IMG/VR virus record: IMGVR_UViG_3300021507_000001
Coordinates: 5,105 to 69,104 of that record
Length of the DNA: 64,000 nt
Strand: one strand, 5' to 3'
From: a virus
Shown here: positions 48,268 to 57,633 of the stretch, piece by piece
How the letters are laid out: each line of letters begins with the position of its first letter
Position numbering within the stretch: position 1 is the stretch's first letter
Notes under the pieces: model-generated
Told to the model about the DNA's origin: nothing
What the model saw: only the letters and a program-made list of their open reading frames with translations
Database searches by the model: none
Translations under genes and position numbers: made by a program

Positions 48268-48315
48268 CATCGATTATAAAGCGCAAATGGGAAACCTTGC
48301 GACAGAGGAGGGCAA

Positions 48316-48696
48316 ATGTTAGCAGACGAGGTCAGAGACGGCTTCGATGGCGTTGTTCATTCAGACACTACACCAGGCATCACGGCTGGCTATCTCAAAC
48401 GAGCCATCAAGGCTGGCACAGAGGAACTGGGGCTGGACATCACCAAGGGAACCATAACATTCCAAAACGGGACCGTCCTGGGCTTCGGGGACAGTGCGCG
48501 CACTATCCGCCTGCGGTTTGCAGAAGAAGTCTTTGGACATCCGGTGAGCAGTTTTAACGAACTATCGCCAGAGGAGCTGGGAGTGTTACGCCACTTCCTG
48601 GAACAACCAGAACACCAGAGAGTTGTAACAGAGTGGCTCGACAAGCAATACGGCCACCAGTCCACGCTGAAAGAGTGGGGTGGTTCGTGGTCTTGA
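48316..48696 (+). CDS. hypothetical protein
   Basis: AGGAGG RBS. Confidence 0.6.
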   Translation: MLADEVRDGFDGVVHSDTTPGITAGYLKRAIKAGTEELGLDITKGTITFQNGTVLGFGDSARTIRLRFAEEVFGHPVSSFNELSPEELGVLRHFLEQPEHQRVVTEWLDKQYGHQSTLKEWGGSWS

Positions 48697-48953
48697 GACC
48701 CGACACCGCCATTCCACTACCACCAGTAGCTAGGCTATTTGGTATTATCCTTTGGTGGAACAGTAACCGCCAACGCCAACAGCTGTACTGGGGTATGTGT
48801 GATTGCGAAGCCTCGAGAATGTCTGTCACCCAAATCTTCAGCGGGAGACCATCTGAGAAATGTCAGTTCTGCGGCAGAACTGTAGAGCTGGCGCCGCTAT
48901 ATCATCGCACTAAGCAAGGAAAATGGATCAGAAGCACGGAGAAAACACCTAGC

Positions 48954-48982
48954 TTGACAAATACGGGTATAGGTGGTATAAT
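48954..48982 (+). promoter_or_regulatory. consensus sigma70 promoter of Y RNA/Ro operon
   Basis: TTGACA-17-TATAAT with extended TG. Confidence 0.9.
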
Positions 48983-48988
48983 AACGAC

Positions 48989-49135
48989 ATGGAAACACAA
49001 ACTTTCAAGGTTTGGAAAGTGACACTCAAGAAACTGCGGATGCTCTATGCGTTGACTGGCAAGAGCATGATCTCCATCGTAGACCGTCTGGTGTCCCAGG
49101 AGCTTGAGCGCATACAATCTGGGGACGACAAGTAA
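48989..49135 (+). CDS. leaderless 48-aa RHH-like protein (not in ORF track)
   Basis: ATG 6 nt after -10 box; METQTFKVWKVTLKKLRMLYALTGKSMISIVDRLV. Confidence 0.65.
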   Translation: METQTFKVWKVTLKKLRMLYALTGKSMISIVDRLVSQELERIQSGDDK

Positions 49136-49142
49136 AACAAAT

Positions 49143-49204
49143 GCGAGCCGAAGGCGCTGGGTTATCACTGCTAATGAAATTCCCACAGCCATTAACTTGC
49201 TCGC
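49143..49204 (+). ncRNA. Y RNA-like 1
   Basis: GCGAGC-C-GAAG...GTTATC...ACTT-GCTCGC bulged Ro helix. Confidence 0.8.
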
Positions 49205-49212
49205 GTTTTTCA

Positions 49213-49287
49213 GAGGGCGTAGCTCAATCGCAGAGCCACAGTTGTCGCTCAACTGTACAGATGCAGGTGCAAGTCCTGCCGTCCTCT
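49213..49287 (+). tRNA. tRNA-like gene, anticodon undetermined
   Basis: GAGGGCG/CGTCCTC, D arm, T stem GCAGG/CCTGC; 7-bp anticodon stem with 5-nt loop. Confidence 0.6.
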
Positions 49288-49289
49288 CT

Positions 49290-49352
49290 TTGGGCCGGAG
49301 CCAATCGCGGGTTATCTCCATAAACGATCCCGCTGGCGATTAACTTGCCCAA
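49290..49352 (+). ncRNA. Y RNA-like 2
   Basis: TTGGGC-C-GGAG...GTTATC...ACTT-GCCCAA. Confidence 0.75.
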
Positions 49353-49355
49353 TAT

Positions 49356-49477
49356 GACCTGGTAGCTTAATGGACAAAGCACGTAAACCTGACTGCCGCA
49401 ACTTGCTCAATTTGAGCCGATGGCCCGTCAGTTATCTTGCGAAGATCGTGATATGGGTTCGATGCCCATCCAGGTCA
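49356..49477 (+). ncRNA. tRNA/Y RNA hybrid (permuted YrlA-like)
   Basis: GACCTGG/CCAGGTC acceptor, D and T arms, internal ACTTGCTCAA-T-TTGAGCCGA Ro helix, GTTATC. Confidence 0.75.
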
Positions 49478-49480
49478 CAA

Positions 49481-49565
49481 GCCGAGCCGTTGCGATTAGA
49501 TTATCACAAAGTCAGGCAGTATGTCTGGTTAGTACAAATCTTCTACTCGCACAAACTTGTTCGGC
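49481..49565 (+). ncRNA. Y RNA-like 4
   Basis: GCCGAGC-C-G...TTATC...ACTT-GTTCGGC. Confidence 0.7.
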
Positions 49566-49596
49566 TTTCCAAATTTATCTCATATAGGAGGTCGGA

Positions 49597-51204
49597 ATGG
49601 ATTACGCGAAACACGTAACGCAGAAGCACACATCACAAACCGAGCCAGTCTTTGGCCGCGAGATGCAACAGAATGCGGCGGGCGGCTATGGGTTCAAAGA
49701 CAAGAAATGGGCTAGGTTGCACCGCTTCCTCGTCATTGGCACTGAAGGCGGGACATTCTATCTAGCAGAGAAGCCGCTGACTGTCGAGAATGCACAAGTA
49801 GTATTGAAATGCATCAAGAAGAATGGTCCAAGGGTAGTGCAAATCGCCACCGAGGTTAGTGTAAGTGGTGAGGCGGTAAAGAATAGTCCCGCTATTTTTG
49901 CGCTGGCGATGGCTGTGAAGTATGGTGATGTTGTGACCCGCCGGGCTGCTTTTGAGGCCATGCCAAAGGTATGTCGTATTCCAACACATTTATTTGAATG
50001 GCAAAAGTACTTGGATGAGCTGGGCGTTGGTTGGGGACGTGGGCGGCGCAATGCCACCGCTGCCTGGTACAATGAGCGCGACTTGGATAAGCTTGCGTAT
50101 CAGGCAGTAAAATATCGCAATCGGCATGGGTACACCCACCGAGACATGTTGCGTTTGGCGCATCCCGTTGCACCAGATCGCGGCCATGACGCTCTGTATG
50201 GCTACATAGCCCAGGGCAATTGGAAGACGGAAACCCTCGCGCCGAAAGCATTACGGGGATACCTGTGCGCGCAGGCGAAAAACGCGGACATTCCCGCCCT
50301 GGTGAACAAGTACAATCTAGTACGCGAAATGTTGCCGACAGAAGCTCTGCGTGATCGAAGGGTGTGGGAAGCATTGCTAGTGAAAATGCCAATCACTGCT
50401 CTAATCCGCAACCTGGGCAAGATGACCTCGTTGGGAATATTTGACACCGCCTGGAATGATAACACAAAGTTAGCGGTGGGCAAATTGACCGATAAAGACT
50501 TGCTTCAGCGTGGTCGTGTTCACCCTTGGACGGTGCTCAATGCGCTGTATGTGTATCGCCAAGGACACGGGCAGCTGGGTTCGTTGGGATGGAAACCAGA
50601 ACCTGCGATTGTAGACGCGCTGAATGACGCCTTTTACCTGTCGTTTAGCAATGTACAACCAACCGGCAAGAATATCGTGGTTGGGCTAGACCAATCGGGA
50701 TCGATGAGCTGGTCCCGTGTCGCTGCAGGTTACAACATGCGAACCCGAATTCCCATCGAGGGCATGTCAAATCTCGAGGCAGTAGCAGCCGTGGCTATGA
50801 TAACCGTGCGCGCCGATCCACAATCATTGATCTTGGGCTTCAACAGAGAGTGTTGGAAGCTGCCGATTAGCCCACGCCAACGATTAGATGATATTATGTC
50901 CCTGGTTAAGGCAAGCGGTGGCACTGATTACACTCAGCCAATTCGGTATGCTATAAAGAATAATCTCAAGGACGTAGATGCCTTTGTGCTTTACGGGGAC
51001 GAGGAAACATGGGCGGGTAGTCAGCATCTGTGTCAAGCAATCAGGGAGTATCGGCAATTCAGCGGCAAGCCGAGTAAACTGATTGTAGTCGGCATTTGTT
51101 CCACGGAAACGCGAATCACCGATCCCGAAGATGCCTTGTCTTTGAACGTAGTAGGCATGAGCGCAAGTATGCCAAAAGTAATCGAGGCTTTTCTCAAAGA
51201 ATGA
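49597..51204 (+). CDS. rsr: Ro60/TROVE domain RNA-binding protein (TROVE plus vWA)
   Basis: QNAAGGYGF, RLHRFLVIGTEGGTFY, VKYRNRHGYTHRDMLRLAHP, DQSGSM MIDAS, GGTD. Confidence 0.95.
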   Translation: MDYAKHVTQKHTSQTEPVFGREMQQNAAGGYGFKDKKWARLHRFLVIGTEGGTFYLAEKPLTVENAQVVLKCIKKNGPRVVQIATEVSVSGEAVKNSPAIFALAMAVKYGDVVTRRAAFEAMPKVCRIPTHLFEWQKYLDELGVGWGRGRRNATAAWYNERDLDKLAYQAVKYRNRHGYTHRDMLRLAHPVAPDRGHDALYGYIAQGNWKTETLAPKALRGYLCAQAKNADIPALVNKYNLVREMLPTEALRDRRVWEALLVKMPITALIRNLGKMTSLGIFDTAWNDNTKLAVGKLTDKDLLQRGRVHPWTVLNALYVYRQGHGQLGSLGWKPEPAIVDALNDAFYLSFSNVQPTGKNIVVGLDQSGSMSWSRVAAGYNMRTRIPIEGMSNLEAVAAVAMITVRADPQSLILGFNRECWKLPISPRQRLDDIMSLVKASGGTDYTQPIRYAIKNNLKDVDAFVLYGDEETWAGSQHLCQAIREYRQFSGKPSKLIVVGICSTETRITDPEDALSLNVVGMSASMPKVIEAFLKE

Positions 51205-51809
51205 CAGAGCAAAGAAATACGATCAACAGGATCGTTGCTGTCCGGCACACCAAGTGGAATAAAACCACCAAGACATTCTGTCTCATTTGCCCCTGGTGCA
51301 AACAACCCATCAGGGGCAAGCCGCATTACCACGAATGGCTGGTTAAAAGAAATGCTGTACCGCTCGATAAACAGTATTTGATCTTTCACGAGTATAACGT
51401 TGTGCCTTTGCACCCCGTATGTCACGAGGCACACGGACAGACCAAGCCCATGGCTAAGGCGATGTTGTTTGTGATGGCTGCGCTGTATGGCGCGTGCACC
51501 ATAGCAACCTGGTACCAGCAGTTGCGCAGTGAGTATCTTCACTATCTCCCCGGGGGTCGGCTCAGTCAGTATCCAGAAGAACACCAAGAGATAGTGCGCT
51601 TGGCTGACCTGGGTATGCGTCTGAACGATACGAAATACGACAACTGGCAAACGACAGATGGTGACTTCCGCGTGGCGGCAGGGCTGGCTCACCAAGGAAA
51701 GGCGAAATCGGTTAGACGCACCAAGATGAACGGTGTGTCTTTGGAGCAAATGGGTGGCTACATAGACGAGGGCCGCTATCTGGACTTTCTTTTAGGTATT
51801 ATCGGTTAA
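51201..51809 (+). CDS. HNH-like protein
   Basis: CPWC...HE...NVVPLHPVCH. Confidence 0.6.
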   Translation: MTEQRNTINRIVAVRHTKWNKTTKTFCLICPWCKQPIRGKPHYHEWLVKRNAVPLDKQYLIFHEYNVVPLHPVCHEAHGQTKPMAKAMLFVMAALYGACTIATWYQQLRSEYLHYLPGGRLSQYPEEHQEIVRLADLGMRLNDTKYDNWQTTDGDFRVAAGLAHQGKAKSVRRTKMNGVSLEQMGGYIDEGRYLDFLLGIIG

Positions 51810-51823
51810 ACAAAGGAGGTAAT

Positions 51824-52033
51824 ATGAGTAAGGTTGTGGTGTTTACGTGTGTCGATAATAAATATGGGGACGAGGAAATCGATGTCGGGTCACCCAAATA
51901 CAAGACGTGGGTGGAAATTGACTGTGATGCCAACCTTGATGCAGTCGTGGAGCAAGTAAGTACCGCTCTCAACAATCTAGCACTGTCATGGACTAAGTAT
52001 CCGGGCACGGTCACAATTAAACATAAGGAGTAA
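51824..52033 (+). CDS. hypothetical protein
   Basis: AAGGAGG RBS. Confidence 0.55.
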   Translation: MSKVVVFTCVDNKYGDEEIDVGSPKYKTWVEIDCDANLDAVVEQVSTALNNLALSWTKYPGTVTIKHKE

Positions 52034-52036
52034 ACG

Positions 52037-52486
52037 GTGAAATCTATCACTATCAATGAAGCTGTGGTAAACTTGGCAAAACAACGCCAGCAGATCAAGA
52101 CGATCAAGCAACAAATATCTGCGGCAGAAGCAGAGCTAGCGGCCTCCGATCTGGGACAACAGCTAGCCGTAATGCGTGAGAATCTGAAAAACGCCACGGC
52201 CACAGCGAGCGCCGTCGAGCAAGAGGTGCGAGACACAGCAACCAAAATCTATGACACCTTGGGAGAGAAAACACCTCACCCAGCAGTCAAAATCAAGATG
52301 TACACCGTACTTGACTATGATCCACAGGCTGCTCTGACGTTCTCTGCCAAACACCTACCCAAAGCTCTGCGATTGAACAAAACGGTCTTTGAGCGGGCTG
52401 CCAAGATCATGGGGCCAGACTTTGTCACCATTTCTCAAGAGCGGCGCGCCACCATCGCGCGCGATCTTAGCAAGTATATGGAGTAG
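52037..52486 (+). CDS. coiled-coil protein (Gam/Gp157-like)
   Basis: Coiled coil plus beta C-terminus upstream of ERF. Confidence 0.5.
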   Translation: MKSITINEAVVNLAKQRQQIKTIKQQISAAEAELAASDLGQQLAVMRENLKNATATASAVEQEVRDTATKIYDTLGEKTPHPAVKIKMYTVLDYDPQAALTFSAKHLPKALRLNKTVFERAAKIMGPDFVTISQERRATIARDLSKYME

Positions 52487-52488
52487 AC

Positions 52489-52785
52489 ATGAAGCCCGTA
52501 ATTACTGAAGTAAAGTTGGTGGCTGCTGGCGTTCCGTTTCAGGAAGGGATCAATGCAGACATGCCCGATGGACAGGGGGCTTGGCTGTATAAGCTTATTC
52601 CTGGTGCCCCTCTCAACAAATACTTGCCTGCGCTGCGCATTGTGGACGGCTGGAGGGTTGGAAACTACCTGAAGCCGCCCTACGAAGACGACCAGCCTGA
52701 TACACTGGACTACTGCGGGTATCCTGACGAGGGTGTCGCCTTTACGATGTCACACTCAGTTGCTCTCACGCTGACGGGCGCATGA
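52489..52785 (+). CDS. hypothetical protein
   Basis: GGAG RBS. Confidence 0.5.
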   Translation: MKPVITEVKLVAAGVPFQEGINADMPDGQGAWLYKLIPGAPLNKYLPALRIVDGWRVGNYLKPPYEDDQPDTLDYCGYPDEGVAFTMSHSVALTLTGA

Positions 52786-53079
52786 AGTGCAAGATCATTA
52801 TTCTCTTGGTGTTGTTTTTTCTGCTTATCTGTGGTAACGGACACCGTTGGCAAAAGAATATCCACGAAGCTGGATTGTACTCCTCCGCCATGTGCGGAGA
52901 GAGATCTTCTGACGCTCTGCGTTAGTTGTACCCCACGTCAGGGCGCGGTGGCAGCACATCAGCGGAGGCCACGCCGGAAGACCGTAACCGGCATAGCTGA
53001 TCCACCATGTGTGGAAACAGTAACGAGGACGTGCTGGGTACGCCCGGCGCGTCCTTAGTCCAAATCTAGGGGAGGTGAC

Positions 53080-53319
53080 ATGAAGACAGTGGCCAAGACA
53101 TCCAAGCTACCCGATGCCATAACCCGGGCACTGTGGAAGCTCGATGGAGCCGTTGGTGCCTGGTGGGAAATCCCCTCCGTAGAGAGCTGGTACGCCTACA
53201 CCAACGGCCAGCCCGCCGAGCTCGACGGACTACACGAGAAATGGATGGAAAAACTGGAAGAAGCAATCGCAGCCGTGAAAGCGGCAATCAAGGGAGAAGA
53301 CAATGTTGGAACGGAATGA
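53080..53319 (+). CDS. hypothetical protein
   Basis: GGAGGTG RBS. Confidence 0.55.
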   Translation: MKTVAKTSKLPDAITRALWKLDGAVGAWWEIPSVESWYAYTNGQPAELDGLHEKWMEKLEEAIAAVKAAIKGEDNVGTE

Positions 53320-53605
53320 ATACGCAATAGATGTAAATGCCAAAGAAAGGACGTTGCATGGTCTACAAGACCGCACAACGAAGCTCGCGGAGACGGTAGA
53401 GAAGTCGCTATCGCTGATTGAGGTTCTGTTCAAGAAACTTAAATACTTACGGACACCAGAAAACACACTGGTTGAAGGAGTCATGGGAACCATCAAGGAA
53501 CCAGAGCCCCACAGTCCTTGTATCAACAATCTCGACAAAGTAATTGCGCGAGCACGGTATCTCAATGATAAGATAGCGGCGCTGGAACACAGTCTGGAAG
53601 TCTAA
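53303..53605 (+). CDS. hypothetical protein
   Basis: Coupled ORF. Confidence 0.5.
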   Translation: MLERNEYAIDVNAKERTLHGLQDRTTKLAETVEKSLSLIEVLFKKLKYLRTPENTLVEGVMGTIKEPEPHSPCINNLDKVIARARYLNDKIAALEHSLEV

Positions 53606-53616
53606 GGAGGATAGCG

Positions 53617-54342
53617 ATGCAAAAGAGTGACCAGATTAACGAGTTGGCGGCGGCCCTGGCTAAGGCACAAGGGGAATTTTTGCCAGTACCCAAGGATGCC
53701 CAGAATCCATTCTTAAAAAACAACTATGCTACACTTGACGCGGTGATCAACGCCAATCGAGGGGTGTTGAGCAAGCATGGGCTGGCAATTATGCAGTTAC
53801 TTGGTGGCGATATAACCGGCTCGACGGTAGAGACTGTGTTAATGCATTCGAGTGGGCAATGGATTAGCGAAACCGCGCAGGTCCCCAACCTGGAAGTGAA
53901 AAGGGGTCTCAATGAGGCGCAAACCTGGGGAGTAGCTATTTCGTACACAAAACGCTATGCCGAGTGCGCCGCCTTGAATGTTAGTACCGGTGAGGACACT
54001 GACGGATTTACGGGGGCACCAAAGGAAGAGCCGCCCACGGAATCTGCTCCCCAATCCGACCAGCAGTTTGTTGCCAAGTATGTGCGCAGCATCAAGAGCG
54101 CGCAGGGCAAGCCGTATATAGTCTTTGGTAACGATACCACGAGAGCCTCCTGGTTCAAGGGGCGCGGGAACTTGTTGGCTGTCGCTCCCTGGCTAGCAGA
54201 GCAAGGAATTACCAAGGATAAACTGGGTATCCTGGATACCGATCATGCTATCAAGGCGCGTGTTTACTACGCGCTAAGCACCAAGACTGACCAGGATGGC
54301 AATCCCTACAAGAACGTCGTTACGCTTGAGAAAGTTGAATGA
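53617..54342 (+). CDS. erf: ERF family single-strand annealing protein
   Basis: ELAAALAKAQ, NPFLKNNYATL, HSSGQW, GVAISYTKRY, EDTDG. Confidence 0.9.
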   Translation: MQKSDQINELAAALAKAQGEFLPVPKDAQNPFLKNNYATLDAVINANRGVLSKHGLAIMQLLGGDITGSTVETVLMHSSGQWISETAQVPNLEVKRGLNEAQTWGVAISYTKRYAECAALNVSTGEDTDGFTGAPKEEPPTESAPQSDQQFVAKYVRSIKSAQGKPYIVFGNDTTRASWFKGRGNLLAVAPWLAEQGITKDKLGILDTDHAIKARVYYALSTKTDQDGNPYKNVVTLEKVE

Positions 54343-55337
54343 CGACCACGCCTGAGGAGACAGCAGAAAAGAAGCTATCGGTCTTCCGTAAAGCCATGAT
54401 CAAGGCGATGGGGCCGACCGTCTTCACCATCTTTGATGGACAGCCGCCCCCGGTGTCATCAATTCCCTCTGGGTCACTATCCCTCGATGTCGCTACCGGC
54501 ATCGGGGGGTTTCCCCAGGGAAAGGTAGTAGAGATATACGGGCCGCCAGGCGGCGGCAAATCTACACTGGCTAGTTGCGCCGTGGCCGAGAATCTGCGTG
54601 CCGGCAGGCGTGCTATGTACATCGACGTGGAGCACAAGATTGATCCACGCTATATGCAAGCCTGCGGCGTGGATGTTCTGAGTGACGACTTTCTGTTGGT
54701 AAAACCCACCTGCGCAGAAGACACGATGAGACTCATCATTTCTGCCGCAGAAATGGACGCTATCGACCTGGTGATCGTAGATTCCGTGAGTGCGCTCATC
54801 ACAAGGGCGGAGCTGGAATCAGATCCTGGTGATGTACACGTGGGCATCCAGGCACGCCTGATGAGCCAGAATCTGAAGCACATACACCGCATCCTGAAAA
54901 ACACCTGCGTTGTGTTTCTCAATCAAACACGGGTCGACATCGGCAAGCGTTGGGGCAATCCCGAAGTTACCTCGGCTGGCAAGGCACTGTTGTTCTATGC
55001 CTCGCTGCGAGTCAGGCTAAGTATGATCAAGTTACTGGGTCCAGAGAAAGCGCGCACCGGGCAAACAGTGAAAACAATAGTGAAAAAGAATTCTTGCGCG
55101 GCCCCATATCGCACCGCAGAGTTTGACATTGTGTACGGCAGTGGGATCCATCACGCCAGTGATATTCTGTCTGCCGCCAAAGCAACTGGCGTCATCACCA
55201 CCAAGGGACCATGGTCGTATTATCTTGGTGAGCGCATAGCAAACGGTACTGTCGCAACACAGACATGGCTGGAAGAGAACCCCCAAGTTGCCGACGAGAT
55301 AAGTAGGGCAGTTAGAGCAACAATGCAAACCAAGTAA
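54339..55337 (+). CDS. recA: RecA recombinase
   Basis: GSLSLDVATG, EIYGPPGGGKST, IVDSVSAL, QARLMSQ, GKALLFYASLR. Confidence 0.95.
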   Translation: MTTTPEETAEKKLSVFRKAMIKAMGPTVFTIFDGQPPPVSSIPSGSLSLDVATGIGGFPQGKVVEIYGPPGGGKSTLASCAVAENLRAGRRAMYIDVEHKIDPRYMQACGVDVLSDDFLLVKPTCAEDTMRLIISAAEMDAIDLVIVDSVSALITRAELESDPGDVHVGIQARLMSQNLKHIHRILKNTCVVFLNQTRVDIGKRWGNPEVTSAGKALLFYASLRVRLSMIKLLGPEKARTGQTVKTIVKKNSCAAPYRTAEFDIVYGSGIHHASDILSAAKATGVITTKGPWSYYLGERIANGTVATQTWLEENPQVADEISRAVRATMQTK

Positions 55338-55421
55338 GTCACACCTCCTCCTAAGCGGGCAGTTCATGTGTATCAGCTGCCCGCTATGGGGAGGGGGGTC
55401 TTTGATAAAGGAGGTAGACAA

Positions 55422-55859
55422 ATGATTCGACTTTGGACACACTGCCCCAATTGCGACGCGCTCCTGCCCGAACCAGTTGCCGTGGGCGATGATTGGGAAT
55501 GCGCCGAGTGCGGCGCGTATGGCACGCGGCGATCAGGCAAGTACGATTCGGCCCCTCTTGTGCCCCTATTTCACGAGCAGGAGGAGAAAAACGTTGTTCG
55601 AGATGATGGTTTGTCGTTTTGGGAGGCAAGCATGCGCTATACAGTAAAAAGATTCGAGAAGGGCCAGGTGCTTGGACGGAGTAGAATCATGCTGCTTGTT
55701 GCCGATTGTGAGTGCTTTGTGGTGCTTGACCAAGGAGGGAACATCGCCGGTGCTCACGAGGGTGGACTGTTTAGAGTACATGTCTATCCTTTTAGAGAAA
55801 CCGCAGTAGCAATAGCAGAAATACTTAATCACAACACAAAGGAGACACAAGATGAATGA
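55422..55859 (+). CDS. zinc-ribbon protein
   Basis: CPNC...CAEC; RBS. Confidence 0.55.
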   Translation: MIRLWTHCPNCDALLPEPVAVGDDWECAECGAYGTRRSGKYDSAPLVPLFHEQEEKNVVRDDGLSFWEASMRYTVKRFEKGQVLGRSRIMLLVADCECFVVLDQGGNIAGAHEGGLFRVHVYPFRETAVAIAEILNHNTKETQDE

Positions 55860-56067
55860 CGAATTGGGGGCGACGGTGACGGTACAGATTGACAATGGGG
55901 ACGGCTATTTCACCAAGCAAGAGGTAGTTGTTTATGGCAAGACTGAGGCCGTGCGCACCCTGCTCGACAATACCATGGCGGTTGGAGCGACGGTGACGAC
56001 GCTGTTCGCCCAGGCGCTGAATGACTACCTGGGAAAGCGCGCTGCTGCCGAGACCGAGACGGCCTAG
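55852..56067 (+). CDS. hypothetical protein
   Basis: AAGGAG RBS. Confidence 0.5.
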   Translation: MNDELGATVTVQIDNGDGYFTKQEVVVYGKTEAVRTLLDNTMAVGATVTTLFAQALNDYLGKRAAAETETA

Positions 56068-56088
56068 TTTGGCCAAGGGAGGGGAAAC

Positions 56089-56364
56089 ATGAAACTGATA
56101 AATTTGCAATGCGCGGGATGTGGGGCCTTATTGAAGGTCAAGCCCTCGGCAGTCATTGGGGACGGCGAAACATTTGTCGTGCGCCGAGGACAGGTTATTC
56201 ACTGTCCCTATTGTGGTCGTGAATATGTGGTAGGAGAGGAGTTGTCCATGGTACCCATGGTGGCCACTGCCTTTGATCAGCGCGGGCAGACAGTGGGTGC
56301 GCAGGTCAATATCGCGGGCTACGGCAACATAATCGGAAACGGTAACCGGTCTCGCGTGGTGTGA
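56089..56364 (+). CDS. zinc-ribbon protein
   Basis: CAGC...CPYC. Confidence 0.55.
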   Translation: MKLINLQCAGCGALLKVKPSAVIGDGETFVVRRGQVIHCPYCGREYVVGEELSMVPMVATAFDQRGQTVGAQVNIAGYGNIIGNGNRSRVV

Positions 56365-56372
56365 GAGTGAGA

Positions 56373-56430
56373 AAGAATCACCAGGGAAAGAGGGCTTCTG
56401 CCGCAGAACTCCTTATCCCTGGTGATTCTT
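56373..56430. repeat. composite palindromic element at the convergence of both genome arms
   Basis: 15-bp perfect IR AAGAATCACCAGGGA/TCCCTGGTGATTCTT around TTCTGCCGCAGAA. Confidence 0.85.
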
Positions 56431-56436
56431 GTTATA

Positions 56437-56802
56437 CTAAAGATATGCCAGACGGTCTTCCTCGTCGAGGGTGAGCCATTTAATTTTGTCGGCGATGTCA
56501 CCCAATAGGTTCGCGGTAATCAGGCCACTCAACAATACCTGCGCACCGGCCAGGCCCAGGTCAGACTCGGCCAACCCCAGGCTAGCCATGATCACGTATA
56601 GGCCAATGTAGGCGACGGCATAGGGCGCAATGTTGGTTTTCAAAAACTGTGCCAACTTACGCCAGTCGAAGTCTCCTAGCTTCAGGGCCAGCGAAACACC
56701 CAGCACAGCATCAAGCAGCACACCACCCACAATCGCTTTTAACCCTGGTGATGTAATCGCTGCCACAACCCATTCCAATACAACAGACAGTTCCTCATTC
56801 AT
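56437..56802 (-). CDS. holin-like membrane protein
   Basis: Three TM helices; LDAVLGVSLALKLGDFDWRKLAQFL. Confidence 0.65.
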   Translation of the reverse strand: MNEELSVVLEWVVAAITSPGLKAIVGGVLLDAVLGVSLALKLGDFDWRKLAQFLKTNIAPYAVAYIGLYVIMASLGLAESDLGLAGAQVLLSGLITANLLGDIADKIKWLTLDEEDRLAYL

Positions 56803-56910
56803 GGTTTTCTCCTTTGGTTATTATTTCCGATCACTCGCGCGCGCGTTCTTGATCAGTAGCCGCAGCGCCTTGGCTGTTCGCGCGCTAATCTTGCCAGCAC
56901 TCCGTTCTCC

Positions 56911-57633
56911 TTAACCATCTTTCTGAAAGGCCCGCAGGTGCATACAAGCTAAGAGATGTCTCCATGTCGGATCGCTCTCAATTATACCACGAACTGCGCG
57001 TGATACATCATGGATACCCTGAAAGAACCCCCAAGGCTCATGGAGGAAAGTGGCCGAGTCATCTATCACCAGGAAGCCACCCGGCCTCACGCGCTGTGAG
57101 TAGAACTTCAGGTCGCTGACTACGTAGGGGTATTCGTGACACCCATCTATATAGACAACGTCGAACAACTCCATGTCCCCAATATCCTGGTGAGTCTTAT
57201 CTGCTGTAGAGTCACCCACGTAGATGTCAGGATAGGGCTGTCCAAAGTGATCGTGCAAGTTCTTGATGTGAGCAGCATAGTCGTCGTCTGGAAACTTAGG
57301 GAACATCCCCGTGGGACCAGAGAACGAGTCCAGCCGAGTAACCCCCAGGATATAGGCGTCCTGTGAAAGCAGACGCACAAGTGAGAGTATTTGCCCCTTG
57401 TACACCCCAATTTCCAGGAAACGGAAGTTAGCAGGCATCTCGTCCACTAACAGCTTCCAAACCCAGTAGAAAGCACGCTCCCCAAAGCCATACACACGCT
57501 GCTCCACGAAGTCTCGGTGAGCCTTGAGATCAGCCCTGGCGTTCACATACTCCGTGAAACGCCTGACTATATCCCCGTTACATTCCTCAGTATCGACCCA
57601 GCTGTCAGCCTCGGCCATTAAGTCTTTTCCCAC
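56911..57633 (-). CDS. class I SAM methyltransferase (Methyltransf_24-like)
   Basis: FLEIGVYKG, YIDGCH, PGGFLVIDD. Confidence 0.85.
   Translation of the reverse strand: MGKDLMAEADSWVDTEECNGDIVRRFTEYVNARADLKAHRDFVEQRVYGFGERAFYWVWKLLVDEMPANFRFLEIGVYKGQILSLVRLLSQDAYILGVTRLDSFSGPTGMFPKFPDDDYAAHIKNLHDHFGQPYPDIYVGDSTADKTHQDIGDMELFDVVYIDGCHEYPYVVSDLKFYSQRVRPGGFLVIDDSATFLHEPWGFFQGIHDVSRAVRGIIESDPTWRHLLACMHLRAFQKDG

Noticed and set aside
52782-53058. Possible frameshifted secreted protein at a T6 run
   Set aside because: Removing one T would join two ORFs, but neither has recognisable homology; evidence is too weak
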